Below are positions 9,645 through 19,478 of a DNA stretch of 64,000 bases, piece after piece; the first letter of the stretch is position 1; the number at the start of each line of letters is the position of its first letter. Origin of the DNA: an uncultured delta proteobacterium. Lineage in GTDB: Bacteria > Myxococcota_A > Polyangia > Polyangiales > B10-G4. The translations under genes were made by a program, and so were the position numbers. The notes beneath the pieces are model-generated. The model did no database searches. It had not been told where the DNA came from and was given only the letters and a program-made list of their open reading frames with translations. Location of the stretch: positions 640,001 to 704,000 of the forward strand of contig CAVSGI010000009.1 in NCBI GenBank assembly GCA_963727445.1, read 5' to 3'.

Positions 9645-10364
9645 TCAGCCGCCCTCGTCCTTCGAGCCGACGCCGAGCGTCCGGCACGTCCTCGATCGTG
9701 GCACCTCTCTGGGGTCCGGTCCGGTGCCGAAGAGCGTGTCGAGGAAGGGCGCCGTGAAGGAATGCCAGTACCCCTCGTTGCGGAAGTGGTGCATCCGGTG
9801 GTTGCGAAACACGGTGCGCAGGTAGCGACCGCGCGGCCGATAGGGCGTGTGGGTCAGGTAGTGGATCCACTCGTAGAAGAGCGTCGCCGTCGTGAACGCG
9901 GCCACACCCGTGGCCATCGCCGCCCAGGTCGGCGTCACCGCCCACCAGAAGAAGAGGTGGATCGGGCCCATCACCCACAGCACCCGCGGAGGCAGGAGCG
10001 CCGTGGCGAGCTCGTCGGGGTGGCGATGATGGTGCCGGTGACAGCGCGCGAAGTACGGATCGAAGACGCGGCCCGCGATCGCGCGCGGCTTCATGTGAAG
10101 GAGCGTCTTGTGCGCGGCCCACTCCTGAAGCGGCCAGTAGACGACGACGCCCGCCAGCGCGACGGCATCGACCCACGTCGGCCTGCCCAGCAGCGCGCGG
10201 GCGACCATCGCCAGCGAGAGCTGCACCAGGAGCAGGCGCGGGCCCGAGAAGCCGAAGAAGTAGCGGGCGGCCCCGCCGAGCGTCCCGAGGTCGAGCTCTT
10301 CTCGCGCCCTGCCGGGACGCTGCAGCGTCAGAGCGATGGGGCTCGTCTGTACGGACCGCGCCAC
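9645..10364 (-). CDS. Fatty acid hydroxylase / sterol desaturase family membrane protein
   Basis: His boxes EWAAHKTLLH, HRHHH, EWIHYLTH, HRMHH. Confidence 0.9.
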   Translation of the reverse strand: MARSVQTSPIALTLQRPGRAREELDLGTLGGAARYFFGFSGPRLLLVQLSLAMVARALLGRPTWVDAVALAGVVVYWPLQEWAAHKTLLHMKPRAIAGRVFDPYFARCHRHHHRHPDELATALLPPRVLWVMGPIHLFFWWAVTPTWAAMATGVAAFTTATLFYEWIHYLTHTPYRPRGRYLRTVFRNHRMHHFRNEGYWHSFTAPFLDTLFGTGPDPREVPRSRTCRTLGVGSKDEGG

Positions 10365-10537
10365 CCCTCCATTGTCGGCGACCCCGGCGGCGTTCGCAAA
10401 TCGTGCCGCCCTTCCGTTTGAATCAGGCCCGACCTTCCGACGTCCACCCCCACTCCGAGCCCGCGCCCAGGCTGTCGTTGACGGCTCGGGGGAGGGCTAC
10501 GTAGCATCCCCAACCTTCGGAGGAGGGAGACTCGAAC

Positions 10538-11224
10538 ATGACTTGGAAGAAGGCGATCACCCACAGTGTGCTCCTGGGCACTCTGCTCGCGGCCTCGGCG
10601 TGCACCATCCACGGGCGCGCCCGTGTCCGCACACCGCCGCCGCCCCAAGCCCGCGCCACCGTGACCGTTCAATCGAGCCAGCCGCCCCCGCCGCAGCAGC
10701 AGACCGTGGCCGTTCAGTCCAGCTCGCCCCAGACCGTACAGGGCGTCACCGTCATCGAGACGACCTGCACCCAGGGTGCGCAGGAGACCTGCAACAACGG
10801 TATCGACGACAACTGCAACGGTCAGATCGACGAGGGCTGCGGTTACTCCTCCGGCAACATCCAGATCACCCTCGCCTGGCAGGGCGGCGCGGACATCGAC
10901 CTCTACGTCACCGATCCCCAGGGCACGCAGATCAGCTATCAGAACCCCCGTTCCCCCTCCGGAGGTCACCTCGACCACGATGGTCGTGGCGCCTGCCGCG
11001 CCAACGACGCGGGCAACACGGTGGAGAACGTCTACTGGGATAACGCCCAGCCGCCCAGCGGCACCTATCAGGTGGCGCTCAACTACTACGGCGAGTGCAA
11101 CAGCCACGCGGGTCCCACCCAGACCACGGTCTCCATCTCGGTGGGCGGCCAGATCATCGGCGCCTACAACTACACGCTGTCGCCCAATCAGCAGGTGAAC
11201 CTCGCCACCTTCACCATCCCCTGA
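10538..11224 (+). CDS. Lipoprotein with myxobacterial Cys-rich motif and YfaP/DUF2135-like domain
   Basis: Lipobox ASAC; ETCNNGIDDNCNGQIDEGC; IQITLAWQGGADIDLYVTDP...LDHD...ENVYW; strong GGAGG RBS. Confidence 0.85.
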   Translation: MTWKKAITHSVLLGTLLAASACTIHGRARVRTPPPPQARATVTVQSSQPPPPQQQTVAVQSSSPQTVQGVTVIETTCTQGAQETCNNGIDDNCNGQIDEGCGYSSGNIQITLAWQGGADIDLYVTDPQGTQISYQNPRSPSGGHLDHDGRGACRANDAGNTVENVYWDNAQPPSGTYQVALNYYGECNSHAGPTQTTVSISVGGQIIGAYNYTLSPNQQVNLATFTIP

Positions 11225-11272
11225 TCGCCACCGATTGGTAACGAAGCGCCCGCCGCCTCCATACTCTTCGAG

Positions 11273-12766
11273 ATGGCGGCGGGCTCCTCGGTGGCATCGG
11301 CCTCTCTGACCGCGGCAATGGTGGCCGCGGCCGGCGGGTTCGCCCTCGGGGGCGCGCCCCCGCCCTGGGTCGCGATCGCAGTCGCCCTGTCTTTTCTTCC
11401 CTACGCCGGCCTGATCGTCGCCCCGGCGCCCAGCGACCGACGCGCCCTCCACATCGCCCTCGGTCTGGCGACCGCCGCGGGGGTGATCCTCGTCGCCGCG
11501 CCCTCCGTGCTCTCGGACGACCTCTTCCGCTACCTCTGGGACGGCCGCGTCTGTGGCGCCGGCATCGACCCCTACCTCTACGCGCCTGATGCCCCGGCGC
11601 TCTTCTCCCTGCGCGACGCTCTCCACGCGCGGGTGAACAACCCCGAGATCCCGACGATCTACCCGCCCTTCGCGCAGCTCGTCTTCTGGGTCGCCGATTG
11701 CATCGACCACGCACCCTGGACCCTCAAGGCGCTCGCCCTCGCAGCGCACCTCGCCACCGTCGCCCTGGTCTTCCGCGCCACGCCCACCCCACACGCCGGG
11801 CGCGCCGCGCTCCTCTACGGTCTGAATCCTCTCGCGCTCTCGGAGTCGGCCCTCGGCGGGCACGTGGACGTCTTCGCGGGCCTTTCGCTCCTCGCCTTCG
11901 CCTTCGCCCTCGCCCGGGGTCGCGCCGGCGCCGCCATCCTCGCGGCGACCATCGCCACCGGCACCAAGTTGATCGGCCTGGTGGTCGCGCCGCTCTTGTC
12001 GTCACGCCACCGCGCGGCTGCGGCGTTTGCGTTCGCGCTCTCCGTCCTCGTCGCGACGCCGCTCTTCTTCGCCGGCCGCGGCAGCGATGCGGTGCCCGGC
12101 CTCGGACAGTACGCGCGGCGTTGGGCGGGCAACGCCGGCCTCTATCGCGTGCTCGAGTCGGGCGCGCGCGTCGGGGTCGATCGCGTCGCCGAGGCGACCT
12201 ACAGCGCCCACGATCAGGTGCGCGTTCCGGCCCTCGCGCCGGTCGTGCGCCTCCTCGACGGAACGCCCTTCGACCCGTGGGCGACCCAGGTGGCCGAGAA
12301 GAAGGAGGCGCCGGACGAGACCGCGTTCCAGCGCGACTACGCCGCCTCGATGTTGGCGCGGGGCGCCGCGTTCCTGCTCGTCGTCGGCCTCGTCCTTTGG
12401 CTCGTGCGCCGTCGCGTCCCGCCGCTCGCCGCCACCCGCGCGACGGTGCTCGCCGTCCTTCTCCTCGCGCCGCAGATCCACCCCTGGTACCTGCTGTGGC
12501 TCCTGCCCCTCGAGGTGGCCACGGGCGGCCAGGCGGGGCTGCTCTTCAGCGCGACCATCCTCGCCGGCTACGCCCCCCTCGCCACCTGGCTCTCGGAACG
12601 CCGGTGGGAGGAAAATTCCGCCATGGTTTTCATCATCCACCTCCCCGTGGTGGTTTTGTTGGCGTGGGAGATCTGGCTTTCGACGAATTCGCCGGGGCGG
12701 TCTATCAAGACCCTCGTCTGGGAGCGCTTCCGGCCGGGCGCGCGTGCGCTTGGGAAGATCCAGTAA
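11273..12766 (+). CDS. GT-C fold (GT87-like) polyprenol-phosphate-sugar glycosyltransferase
   Basis: SDDLFRYLWDGRV, PTIYPP, NPL...E...GHVD, HPWYLLW; many TMs. Confidence 0.85.
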   Translation: MAAGSSVASASLTAAMVAAAGGFALGGAPPPWVAIAVALSFLPYAGLIVAPAPSDRRALHIALGLATAAGVILVAAPSVLSDDLFRYLWDGRVCGAGIDPYLYAPDAPALFSLRDALHARVNNPEIPTIYPPFAQLVFWVADCIDHAPWTLKALALAAHLATVALVFRATPTPHAGRAALLYGLNPLALSESALGGHVDVFAGLSLLAFAFALARGRAGAAILAATIATGTKLIGLVVAPLLSSRHRAAAAFAFALSVLVATPLFFAGRGSDAVPGLGQYARRWAGNAGLYRVLESGARVGVDRVAEATYSAHDQVRVPALAPVVRLLDGTPFDPWATQVAEKKEAPDETAFQRDYAASMLARGAAFLLVVGLVLWLVRRRVPPLAATRATVLAVLLLAPQIHPWYLLWLLPLEVATGGQAGLLFSATILAGYAPLATWLSERRWEENSAMVFIIHLPVVVLLAWEIWLSTNSPGRSIKTLVWERFRPGARALGKIQ

Positions 12767-12951
12767 GCGCTTGCCGTACGTGTCGTCTGAGCTACTACCT
12801 CCTCGCGCCGAAGCGGCCGGGAGGCAGACCCTCAACCCAAGGGTACAGGGAGTCCGTCAGTCCCATGATCCACTTCGATTCGGCGCCGTTGACCACTTCT
12901 TCCGGACCATCCTACGCTGCCGCACCTTCCGCCACCGAGACACCACGCGTA

Positions 12952-15528
12952 ATGCTCGTCTGCCCCCTCTGCCGCGTCGCGCTCGACCCGACGGAAACCA
13001 CCTGTCCCCGCGATGGACGGGAGGGCGAAGAGCAACACTTCGACGAGGTGACCGGCGATCTCGCGGAGCGCTTCAACGTCGTTCAGCCCTACGGCAAGGG
13101 CGCGACCGGGACGCTCTACCTCGCTGACGAGAAGCAGACCGGTCGTCGCGGCATCCTCAAGATCCTGCACAACGAGAGCGGCGTGAGCGTCACCGAACGC
13201 CAGCGCCTCAAGCGTGAGCTCGTCAAGCAGGCCACGCTCTCCAATCCGCATCTCGCGCTCCCCGTCGTCACGGGTGAAGCGAACGGACATTTGTGGCTGT
13301 TCCGCGAGTGGGTGGAAGGTGTGTCGCTTCGCGTGCGCTTGAGCCGCGGCGGAAAGCTCGCCGTGCCCGAGGCGCTCTCCATCGCCGCGCAGCTCGCCGA
13401 GGCGCTCGACGAGCTTCATCGCGCTGGGCTCCTGCATCGCGACCTCTCACCGGATCACGTCCTGTTGCACCCGCAGCCCTCGGGCGTGCCCAAGGTCGTG
13501 GTGATCGACGCAGGCGTCGCGGCGCGCATCGACGGCGACACCGGCTTCGACATCGCCGGTACCCCCGGTTACGTCTCCCCCGAGCAGGCGACGGGCAAGC
13601 TCGTCAGCTTCCGCAGCGACCTCTACGCCCTGGGCGCTCTGCTCTACGAGATGCTCGAGGGTCAGCCCCTCTTTTCCGCTGATGACGACGCCGCGCTCCT
13701 CGAGGCGCACGCCAATCAGCCCATTCCCACCCTGCCGAGCAACGTCCCCTCCGGGGTCCAGCAGCTGATCACCCAGCTGCTCGCAAAGGACCCGCGGGAG
13801 CGACCTTTCTCGGCGCAGCAGTCCAAGCGTGTGATCGAGCCCTTCTTGCCGGAGAGCAAGGGGCAGCGCGATCCCACCGTCTCCTTCGTGCCTCAGGATG
13901 AGAAATCGGCGGCGCAGTCGACGGACGTCACCGCCGGCTCCGGAACGCTCCGTCCTCCCAACCAGAAGAAGATGACGATCATGGGAATGCCATCCGCTCC
14001 AATGCCGAACAAGCCACCGCCCCCGCCCCCCGAGCAGGCCGCTCGGGTGAGTCAGCCCGTCGCGAGCCGCCCGCCGCCCCCTCCCGGAGAGCGCACCAGC
14101 GCCGCGCCGACCGGTGCCAATGGCGCCAATGGTGCCGGTAAGAAGCGCGTGAGCAGCGTGCCGCCGCCGCCGCCCGCGGACGCCCTCAAGAAGAAGGTCG
14201 CCGGCAAGAACGCCGACTCCACCCAGGAGCTCGACGCGCTCGACCTCGAGCCGGTGGAGGCGCCGGTGATCGCGGCCGCGCCGCCCACCTCTTCCATGCC
14301 CTCGGGCGTGGCGCCGGTGCCCGTCGCCAGCGACGACGACCTCGATTACGACGACCTCGCGGAGACCACCGCGTTGGACCGCAGCGAAGCGGAGCAGAAG
14401 CTCGGCGCGCTCCAGGCGGCGGCGCCCGCGGAAGCGTCGGCTGCACCGGCCGCAGCGTTCCCTCCGACCACGACGCAGCCGGCGACGCAGACCGCCCCCG
14501 GCTTCCCGTCCCCCGAGGCTGCCCCCCTGGCGACGGCGCCCGGATCCTCACCGCAAGAGGCCGCTGCCTTCGAGCAGGCAGCTCAGGCGATCGAAACCGG
14601 CGGCGCTGTCGTTCCGCCGACCGCGGAGATCCCGATCCAGCCGCAGTCGCAGCAGCCCTACGCGGCGAACGTTCCACAGTCGCAGCCCTACGGGGCCGCC
14701 GCGCAACCGCAAACGATGCAGCCGGTGATGGAGCCGGTGAAGCTGCCGACCAAGAGCCGGCTTCCCCTCATCCTCGGCGTCCTTGTCGTGGGCTTCTGCC
14801 TGGTGAGCGCGGGCGTCCTCGGCGGTGGTTACTACCTCTGGACCTCCGCGCAGGAAGAGCTCGCTCAGAACCTCGAAGGGCTCGAACAGATCGATCTGAA
14901 CCCGCAGCCGGTCCCTTCGATCGAGGACTCCCCCTCCATCGTGCCCGCGCCCACGCCGGGGATGGAGACCGCGCCAGTCGCCGAAGCCGAGCCGGCTGCC
15001 GAGCCCGAGCCCGTCGCCGAGCCGGTCGCCGAGCCCGAGCCCGTCGCCGAGCCTGAGCCCGTCGCCGAGGAGCACCACGCCGGGCGCGAGGAGCGCGAGC
15101 ACGCTTCTTCCATGCGCACGGAGCACAACGCCGGCACGAGCTCCATGCAGCAGCGTGCCGAGCCGACGATGGCTTCCGGCGGAAACGACCTCGAGTCGCT
15201 GCGTACGCAGGCGCGTGACGCATGGAGAGCGGGCAACTTCCGCGGCGCTGCCCAGGCCTACGAGCGTGCCGCTGCCATCGCTCCGCGTGACGCGGGCGTC
15301 TTCATGGGCCTCGGGTCCGCGCGCTATCGGATGCGCGACTATCGCGGCGCGGTGCAGGCGTATCAGCGCGCCGTCGAGCTCAACCCGCGCAACTCCGGCT
15401 ACATGGCGTCTCTGGGACGCGCCCTGCTCGCGAGCGGCGATCGTAACGGCGCGCGTCAGGCGTACCAGCGCGCGCTCGCCCTCGACCCGAACAACGCCGC
15501 GGCGCGCCAGGCCCTCGAGGGCATGTAG
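12952..15528 (+). CDS. Zn-ribbon Ser/Thr kinase with atypical motifs, Pro/Ala linker, TM and C-terminal TPRs
   Basis: CPLC..CPRDG; HRDLSPDHV; DAG; GTPGYVSPEQ; TM LILGVLVVGFCLV; three TPRs; alternative start at 12866. Confidence 0.88.
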   Translation: MLVCPLCRVALDPTETTCPRDGREGEEQHFDEVTGDLAERFNVVQPYGKGATGTLYLADEKQTGRRGILKILHNESGVSVTERQRLKRELVKQATLSNPHLALPVVTGEANGHLWLFREWVEGVSLRVRLSRGGKLAVPEALSIAAQLAEALDELHRAGLLHRDLSPDHVLLHPQPSGVPKVVVIDAGVAARIDGDTGFDIAGTPGYVSPEQATGKLVSFRSDLYALGALLYEMLEGQPLFSADDDAALLEAHANQPIPTLPSNVPSGVQQLITQLLAKDPRERPFSAQQSKRVIEPFLPESKGQRDPTVSFVPQDEKSAAQSTDVTAGSGTLRPPNQKKMTIMGMPSAPMPNKPPPPPPEQAARVSQPVASRPPPPPGERTSAAPTGANGANGAGKKRVSSVPPPPPADALKKKVAGKNADSTQELDALDLEPVEAPVIAAAPPTSSMPSGVAPVPVASDDDLDYDDLAETTALDRSEAEQKLGALQAAAPAEASAAPAAAFPPTTTQPATQTAPGFPSPEAAPLATAPGSSPQEAAAFEQAAQAIETGGAVVPPTAEIPIQPQSQQPYAANVPQSQPYGAAAQPQTMQPVMEPVKLPTKSRLPLILGVLVVGFCLVSAGVLGGGYYLWTSAQEELAQNLEGLEQIDLNPQPVPSIEDSPSIVPAPTPGMETAPVAEAEPAAEPEPVAEPVAEPEPVAEPEPVAEEHHAGREEREHASSMRTEHNAGTSSMQQRAEPTMASGGNDLESLRTQARDAWRAGNFRGAAQAYERAAAIAPRDAGVFMGLGSARYRMRDYRGAVQAYQRAVELNPRNSGYMASLGRALLASGDRNGARQAYQRALALDPNNAAARQALEGM

Positions 15529-15540
15529 TCGACGCCCTCC

Positions 15541-16529
15541 TCAGGGGACGAGCACCACGGATTCCGGCTGTCTTTCTCGCTTCGAGGTCGCGGTGGCATT
15601 CCATCGCGGCTTCGAGCGGATAGCGATGGCGGGGCTCGGCGTCGATGACGCCGCGGCCGACGAGAATCGAAGACGGCGGCGGCGCTTTCGCGCAGCTCCT
15701 CGGGCTCCGCGACGTAATGAAAGAGCGTCGGGCGCGTGAGGTAGAGCGAGCCTTTGCGCGCGAGGATCATCGGGTCGAAGGGCTCCGGCGTTCCCGAGGC
15801 GTTGCCGAAGCCCACCATCATCCCGCGCCGCTTCAGGCAATCGAATCCGCGCAGGAAGGTGTCGCGCCCCACGGAGTCGTAGACCACCACAACGCCTTCG
15901 CCATCGGTCAGCTCGCGCACGCGCTCGACGAAATCCTCACGCGTGTAGATGACCGGGTGGTGGCAACCGTGCTGGCGCGCGAGCTCGGCCTTTTCGTCGG
16001 TGGACACGGTGCCGATCACCGTCGCGCCCAGATGCGAGAGCCAGCGGCAGGCGATGAGCCCCACGCCCCCCGCCGCCGCGTGCCAGAGCACGGTCATCCC
16101 CTTCTTCACTTCGAAGGTGCGACGCACGAGGAACTCGACGGTCATGCCTTGAAGGAGCACCGAAGCGGCCTGCTCGAAGCTCACCGCGTCGGGGATCGCC
16201 ACCACCTTCGACGCGTCGAGGACCCGCGCCTGGGCGTAGCCGCCGGGCCCTGCGGTGGCGTGGGCGACGCGGTCTCCCACCGCCAGCTCCGTCACACCTT
16301 CGCCGACCGCCTCGACCACGCCAGCCCCCTCCTGACCGATGACGCGCGGCAGGTCCTCCAGCGCGTAGAGCCCGGAGCGGTGATAGGTGTCGATGAGGTT
16401 CACGCCGATCGCGTGTTGGCGGACGCGCACCTGTCCCGGGCCGGGGTCGGGGAGGGTGACGTCTTCGTAGCGCAGGACCTCCGGTCCCCCGGTCTCGTGT
16501 ACGCGGACTGCTTTCACCGTGATGCTCAT
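15541..16529 (-). CDS. qor: NADPH:quinone oxidoreductase (zeta-crystallin type), two apparent +1 frameshifts near the 3' end
   Basis: GGPEVL, GVNLID, AAAGGVG, YDSVG, KGSLYLTRP; removing one base at ~15666 and one at ~15562 restores ...FDLVGRGVIDAEPRHRYPLEAAMECHRDLEARKTAGSVVLVP*. Confidence 0.9.
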
Positions 16530-16585
16530 GGCCAGAGCATACCCCCGCTTTACACAGATGAAGCCCTGCGGTAACGAAGCGACGC

Positions 16586-17608
16586 ATGATCATCACGCGG
16601 CGGTTCCCGGCGCATCTCCTCGTCGCCTTCACCGTCCGGCTGGCGGGGCTCGTCGCCGTGTGGGCCGCCATCGTCTTCGCCGCTTATTTCTACGGTGGGA
16701 TGACGATCCTCCGGGTGCCCTACCTGCCCATCGCCACCATCGGCACCGCGGTCGCCTTCTACATCGGCTTCAAGAACAACTCGGCCTACGACCGCTTCTG
16801 GGAAGGACGCAAGATCTGGGGCGGCATCGTGAACTCCAGCCGCACCTGGGCCAACGGCGTGATCAGCTACGTCGATCCCACGCGTGAGGACGACGAGGCG
16901 CACGCGGTGCACGAGCGGCTGATCTATCGTCACGTCGCCTGGGTCAACGCCCTGCGCCTGCAGCTCCGGAAGACCTCTCGGTTCCACTACAAGCCCGCGC
17001 GGTCCACCAAGCGGCGCCTCGCCCAGCACGCCGACCACATGCGCAACGACTGGGACAAGGAGCTGTCACCTTTCCTCCAGCGCGACGAGCTCGAAGGCGT
17101 GTCGGCGCGGAAGAATCCGGCCACGCACATGCTCCTCGAACAGGGCAGGGAGCTGGCGGCCCTCGTCGAGCAGGGGCGTCTCGACATGTTTCGCCAGCTC
17201 GAGCTGATGGGTGTGATCGAGGAGCTCTACGGGCTGCAGGGCAAGTGCGAGCGCATCAAGAACACGCCCCTGCCCCGTCAGTACGCGGAGTTCAGCCGTA
17301 TCTTCGTTCGCGTCTTCGTGGCCCTTCTGCCTTTCGGCATGCTCGACATCTTCGCCGATCACGCCGCGGAGTCGGGCGTGGCCCTCGCGGCCCATGGCGG
17401 GATGATGATCATCTCGACGGCGCTGGTGGGGTGGGTCTTCCTCACCATGGAAGGCATCGGCGACTCCAGCGAGGACCCCTTCGAGCGCAGCTTCAATGAC
17501 GTGCCGATGAACGCTCTGTCGCGTACGATCGAGATCGACCTGCGGGAGATGCTCGGTGAGACCGAGCTGCCTCCGAAGGAGGAGCCCGCAGGTTTCGTGT
17601 TGTATTGA
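16586..17608 (+). CDS. Bestrophin family ion channel
   Basis: GFKNNSAYDRFWEGRKIWG, ERIKNTPLP, EDPFE. Confidence 0.92.
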   Translation: MIITRRFPAHLLVAFTVRLAGLVAVWAAIVFAAYFYGGMTILRVPYLPIATIGTAVAFYIGFKNNSAYDRFWEGRKIWGGIVNSSRTWANGVISYVDPTREDDEAHAVHERLIYRHVAWVNALRLQLRKTSRFHYKPARSTKRRLAQHADHMRNDWDKELSPFLQRDELEGVSARKNPATHMLLEQGRELAALVEQGRLDMFRQLELMGVIEELYGLQGKCERIKNTPLPRQYAEFSRIFVRVFVALLPFGMLDIFADHAAESGVALAAHGGMMIISTALVGWVFLTMEGIGDSSEDPFERSFNDVPMNALSRTIEIDLREMLGETELPPKEEPAGFVLY

Positions 17609-17621
17609 AGGTGTAGCGGTC

Positions 17622-19466
17622 ATGCGGTTCTTGCTCTTGGTCCTCCTGCTGGTCGTCGCGTGCGGCGACGACACGGCGCCTCCGGACGGAGGTTTGGACG
17701 CAGCGGGCGACGCTGCCCCCGACGCCGATGCCGACGCGGCACCCTCCTGCACGCACGTCGTGGGCCCGCCGGAGGCGCTTCCGGAGCCGCAGATCCACAC
17801 CCCGCGCTGGGCCTTCGAGCCTTGGATCTCGAAGGACATCTCGGACCGTGACGACTCTTTCGCCTTCGTCGACGGATTCATCAGCCGCGACATCCCGGTC
17901 GGTGTCCTGGTCCTCGATAGCCCTTGGGAGACCCAGTACAACACCTTCGTCCCCAACCCATCGCGCTATCCGGACTTCCCGGACATGGTCGCTCAGCTCG
18001 ACGAGCGCGGCGTGCGCATCGTTCTGTGGGTGACGCAGATGGTGAACAACTCCTCGTACGATCTGGAAGAGGGCGGCGACGTCTACTCGGGCCCTGCGCC
18101 CAACTTCCTCGAAGGGTTGGCCTGCGGCTACTACGTCGACGACGGACGGACCTGGGGCTGGTGGAAGGGTGAAGGCGCGGGCGTCGACTTCTTCGACGAG
18201 GGCGCGCGCCAGTGGTGGCACGCGCAGCAGGACGCGCTGATCGATGCGGGGCTCGACGGCTGGAAGCTCGACTTCGGCGAGAACTACATCCGCCGCGACA
18301 GGCTCGCCACGGCCGAAGGCGAGAAGTCACACCAGGAATACTCCGAGGCCTATTACCGCGACTACTACGCTTACGGGCAGTCCCGGGCCGGCCGCGACTT
18401 CATCACGATGGTGCGCCCCTGGGACCAGAGCTACGACTTCGAGGGTCGCTTCTACGCCCGCCCCGAGCACGCGCCGGTGGCGTGGGTCGGCGACAACCAT
18501 CGCGACTGGACGGGCATCGTCGATGCGCTCGACGAGATCCTTCGCTCGGCGGTCGCGGGCTACGTGGTGCTCGGCTCGGACCTCGGCGGCTATCTCGACC
18601 GCGACGAGCTCGACATCCTGCGGATCATCCCCTTCGATCTCGAGGTCTTCCAGCGGTGGACGGCTCTCGCCGCGCTCACGCCCTTCATGCAGCTTCACGG
18701 CCGCGCCAACCTCGAGCCCTGGGCGATCGACGATCCCTCCGGTCTGACCCTGGACAACTACCGGTACTGGGCGAAGCTCCACTCCGCGCTGGTGCCCTTT
18801 TTCTACAGCCTGGCGGAGGAGGCCTACGCGGGCGGCGAGGTGATCATCCGTCCCTTCGGCACGACGCCGACCGATTGGGCGGACGACTTCCGCTTCATGC
18901 TCGGCGACGCCTTCCTGGTGGCGCCGGTCATCGCGGCGGGGGACGCAAGGGACATCGCGCTGCCCACCGGTGAGTGGTACGACTGGTGGGACCCGAGCGG
19001 CGATGCCATCGCCGGCGGCACGACCCTCACGGCGTACGACCTGAGCGAGCGGGGCCGCGTCGGCCTCTTCGTCGCGGCGGGCGCCATCGTGCCGATGCAC
19101 GTGGTGGACGACGCGAACGGTCTGGGCAGCGACGCTTCGGCCGGCGCGCTCACGGTGCTCGTGTGGCCGAGCGCGACCGCCACGCGCTTCGTGCTGCACG
19201 ACGACGACGAGATGGAGACCGAGATCACCGCCGCGGCGGACACGGTCACCATCGCGCGCGCCCTCGCGCCGGTCCTCTTCCGGATACGCACTGGCGCCAT
19301 GCCGGCGAGCGTCGACGTGGGCGGCGCGTCCGCGTCCGAGGTGGCGGACCGCGCGGCCCTGGACGGCAGGGCCGATGGTTGGTTCTACGAGGCGAGCTCG
19401 CGGAGCATCTGGGTGAAGGTTCCGGCGACCGACGCGTCGACGACCATCACCTGGACCATGCCCTGA
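17622..19466 (+). CDS. Glycoside hydrolase family 31 lipoprotein
   Basis: Lipobox VVAC; LVLDSPW, GWKLDFGE nucleophile motif, WVGDN, GSDLGG, PFMQLHG, FMLGDAFLVAPV. Confidence 0.9.
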   Translation: MRFLLLVLLLVVACGDDTAPPDGGLDAAGDAAPDADADAAPSCTHVVGPPEALPEPQIHTPRWAFEPWISKDISDRDDSFAFVDGFISRDIPVGVLVLDSPWETQYNTFVPNPSRYPDFPDMVAQLDERGVRIVLWVTQMVNNSSYDLEEGGDVYSGPAPNFLEGLACGYYVDDGRTWGWWKGEGAGVDFFDEGARQWWHAQQDALIDAGLDGWKLDFGENYIRRDRLATAEGEKSHQEYSEAYYRDYYAYGQSRAGRDFITMVRPWDQSYDFEGRFYARPEHAPVAWVGDNHRDWTGIVDALDEILRSAVAGYVVLGSDLGGYLDRDELDILRIIPFDLEVFQRWTALAALTPFMQLHGRANLEPWAIDDPSGLTLDNYRYWAKLHSALVPFFYSLAEEAYAGGEVIIRPFGTTPTDWADDFRFMLGDAFLVAPVIAAGDARDIALPTGEWYDWWDPSGDAIAGGTTLTAYDLSERGRVGLFVAAGAIVPMHVVDDANGLGSDASAGALTVLVWPSATATRFVLHDDDEMETEITAAADTVTIARALAPVLFRIRTGAMPASVDVGGASASEVADRAALDGRADGWFYEASSRSIWVKVPATDASTTITWTMP

Positions 19467-19478
19467 GCGCGCGCGCCA

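Noticed and set aside
15541..16529. qor as a true pseudogene or programmed frameshift
   Set aside because: Two single-base insertions restore a normal C-terminus, there is no slippery sequence, and both fit the GATC-associated error pattern.
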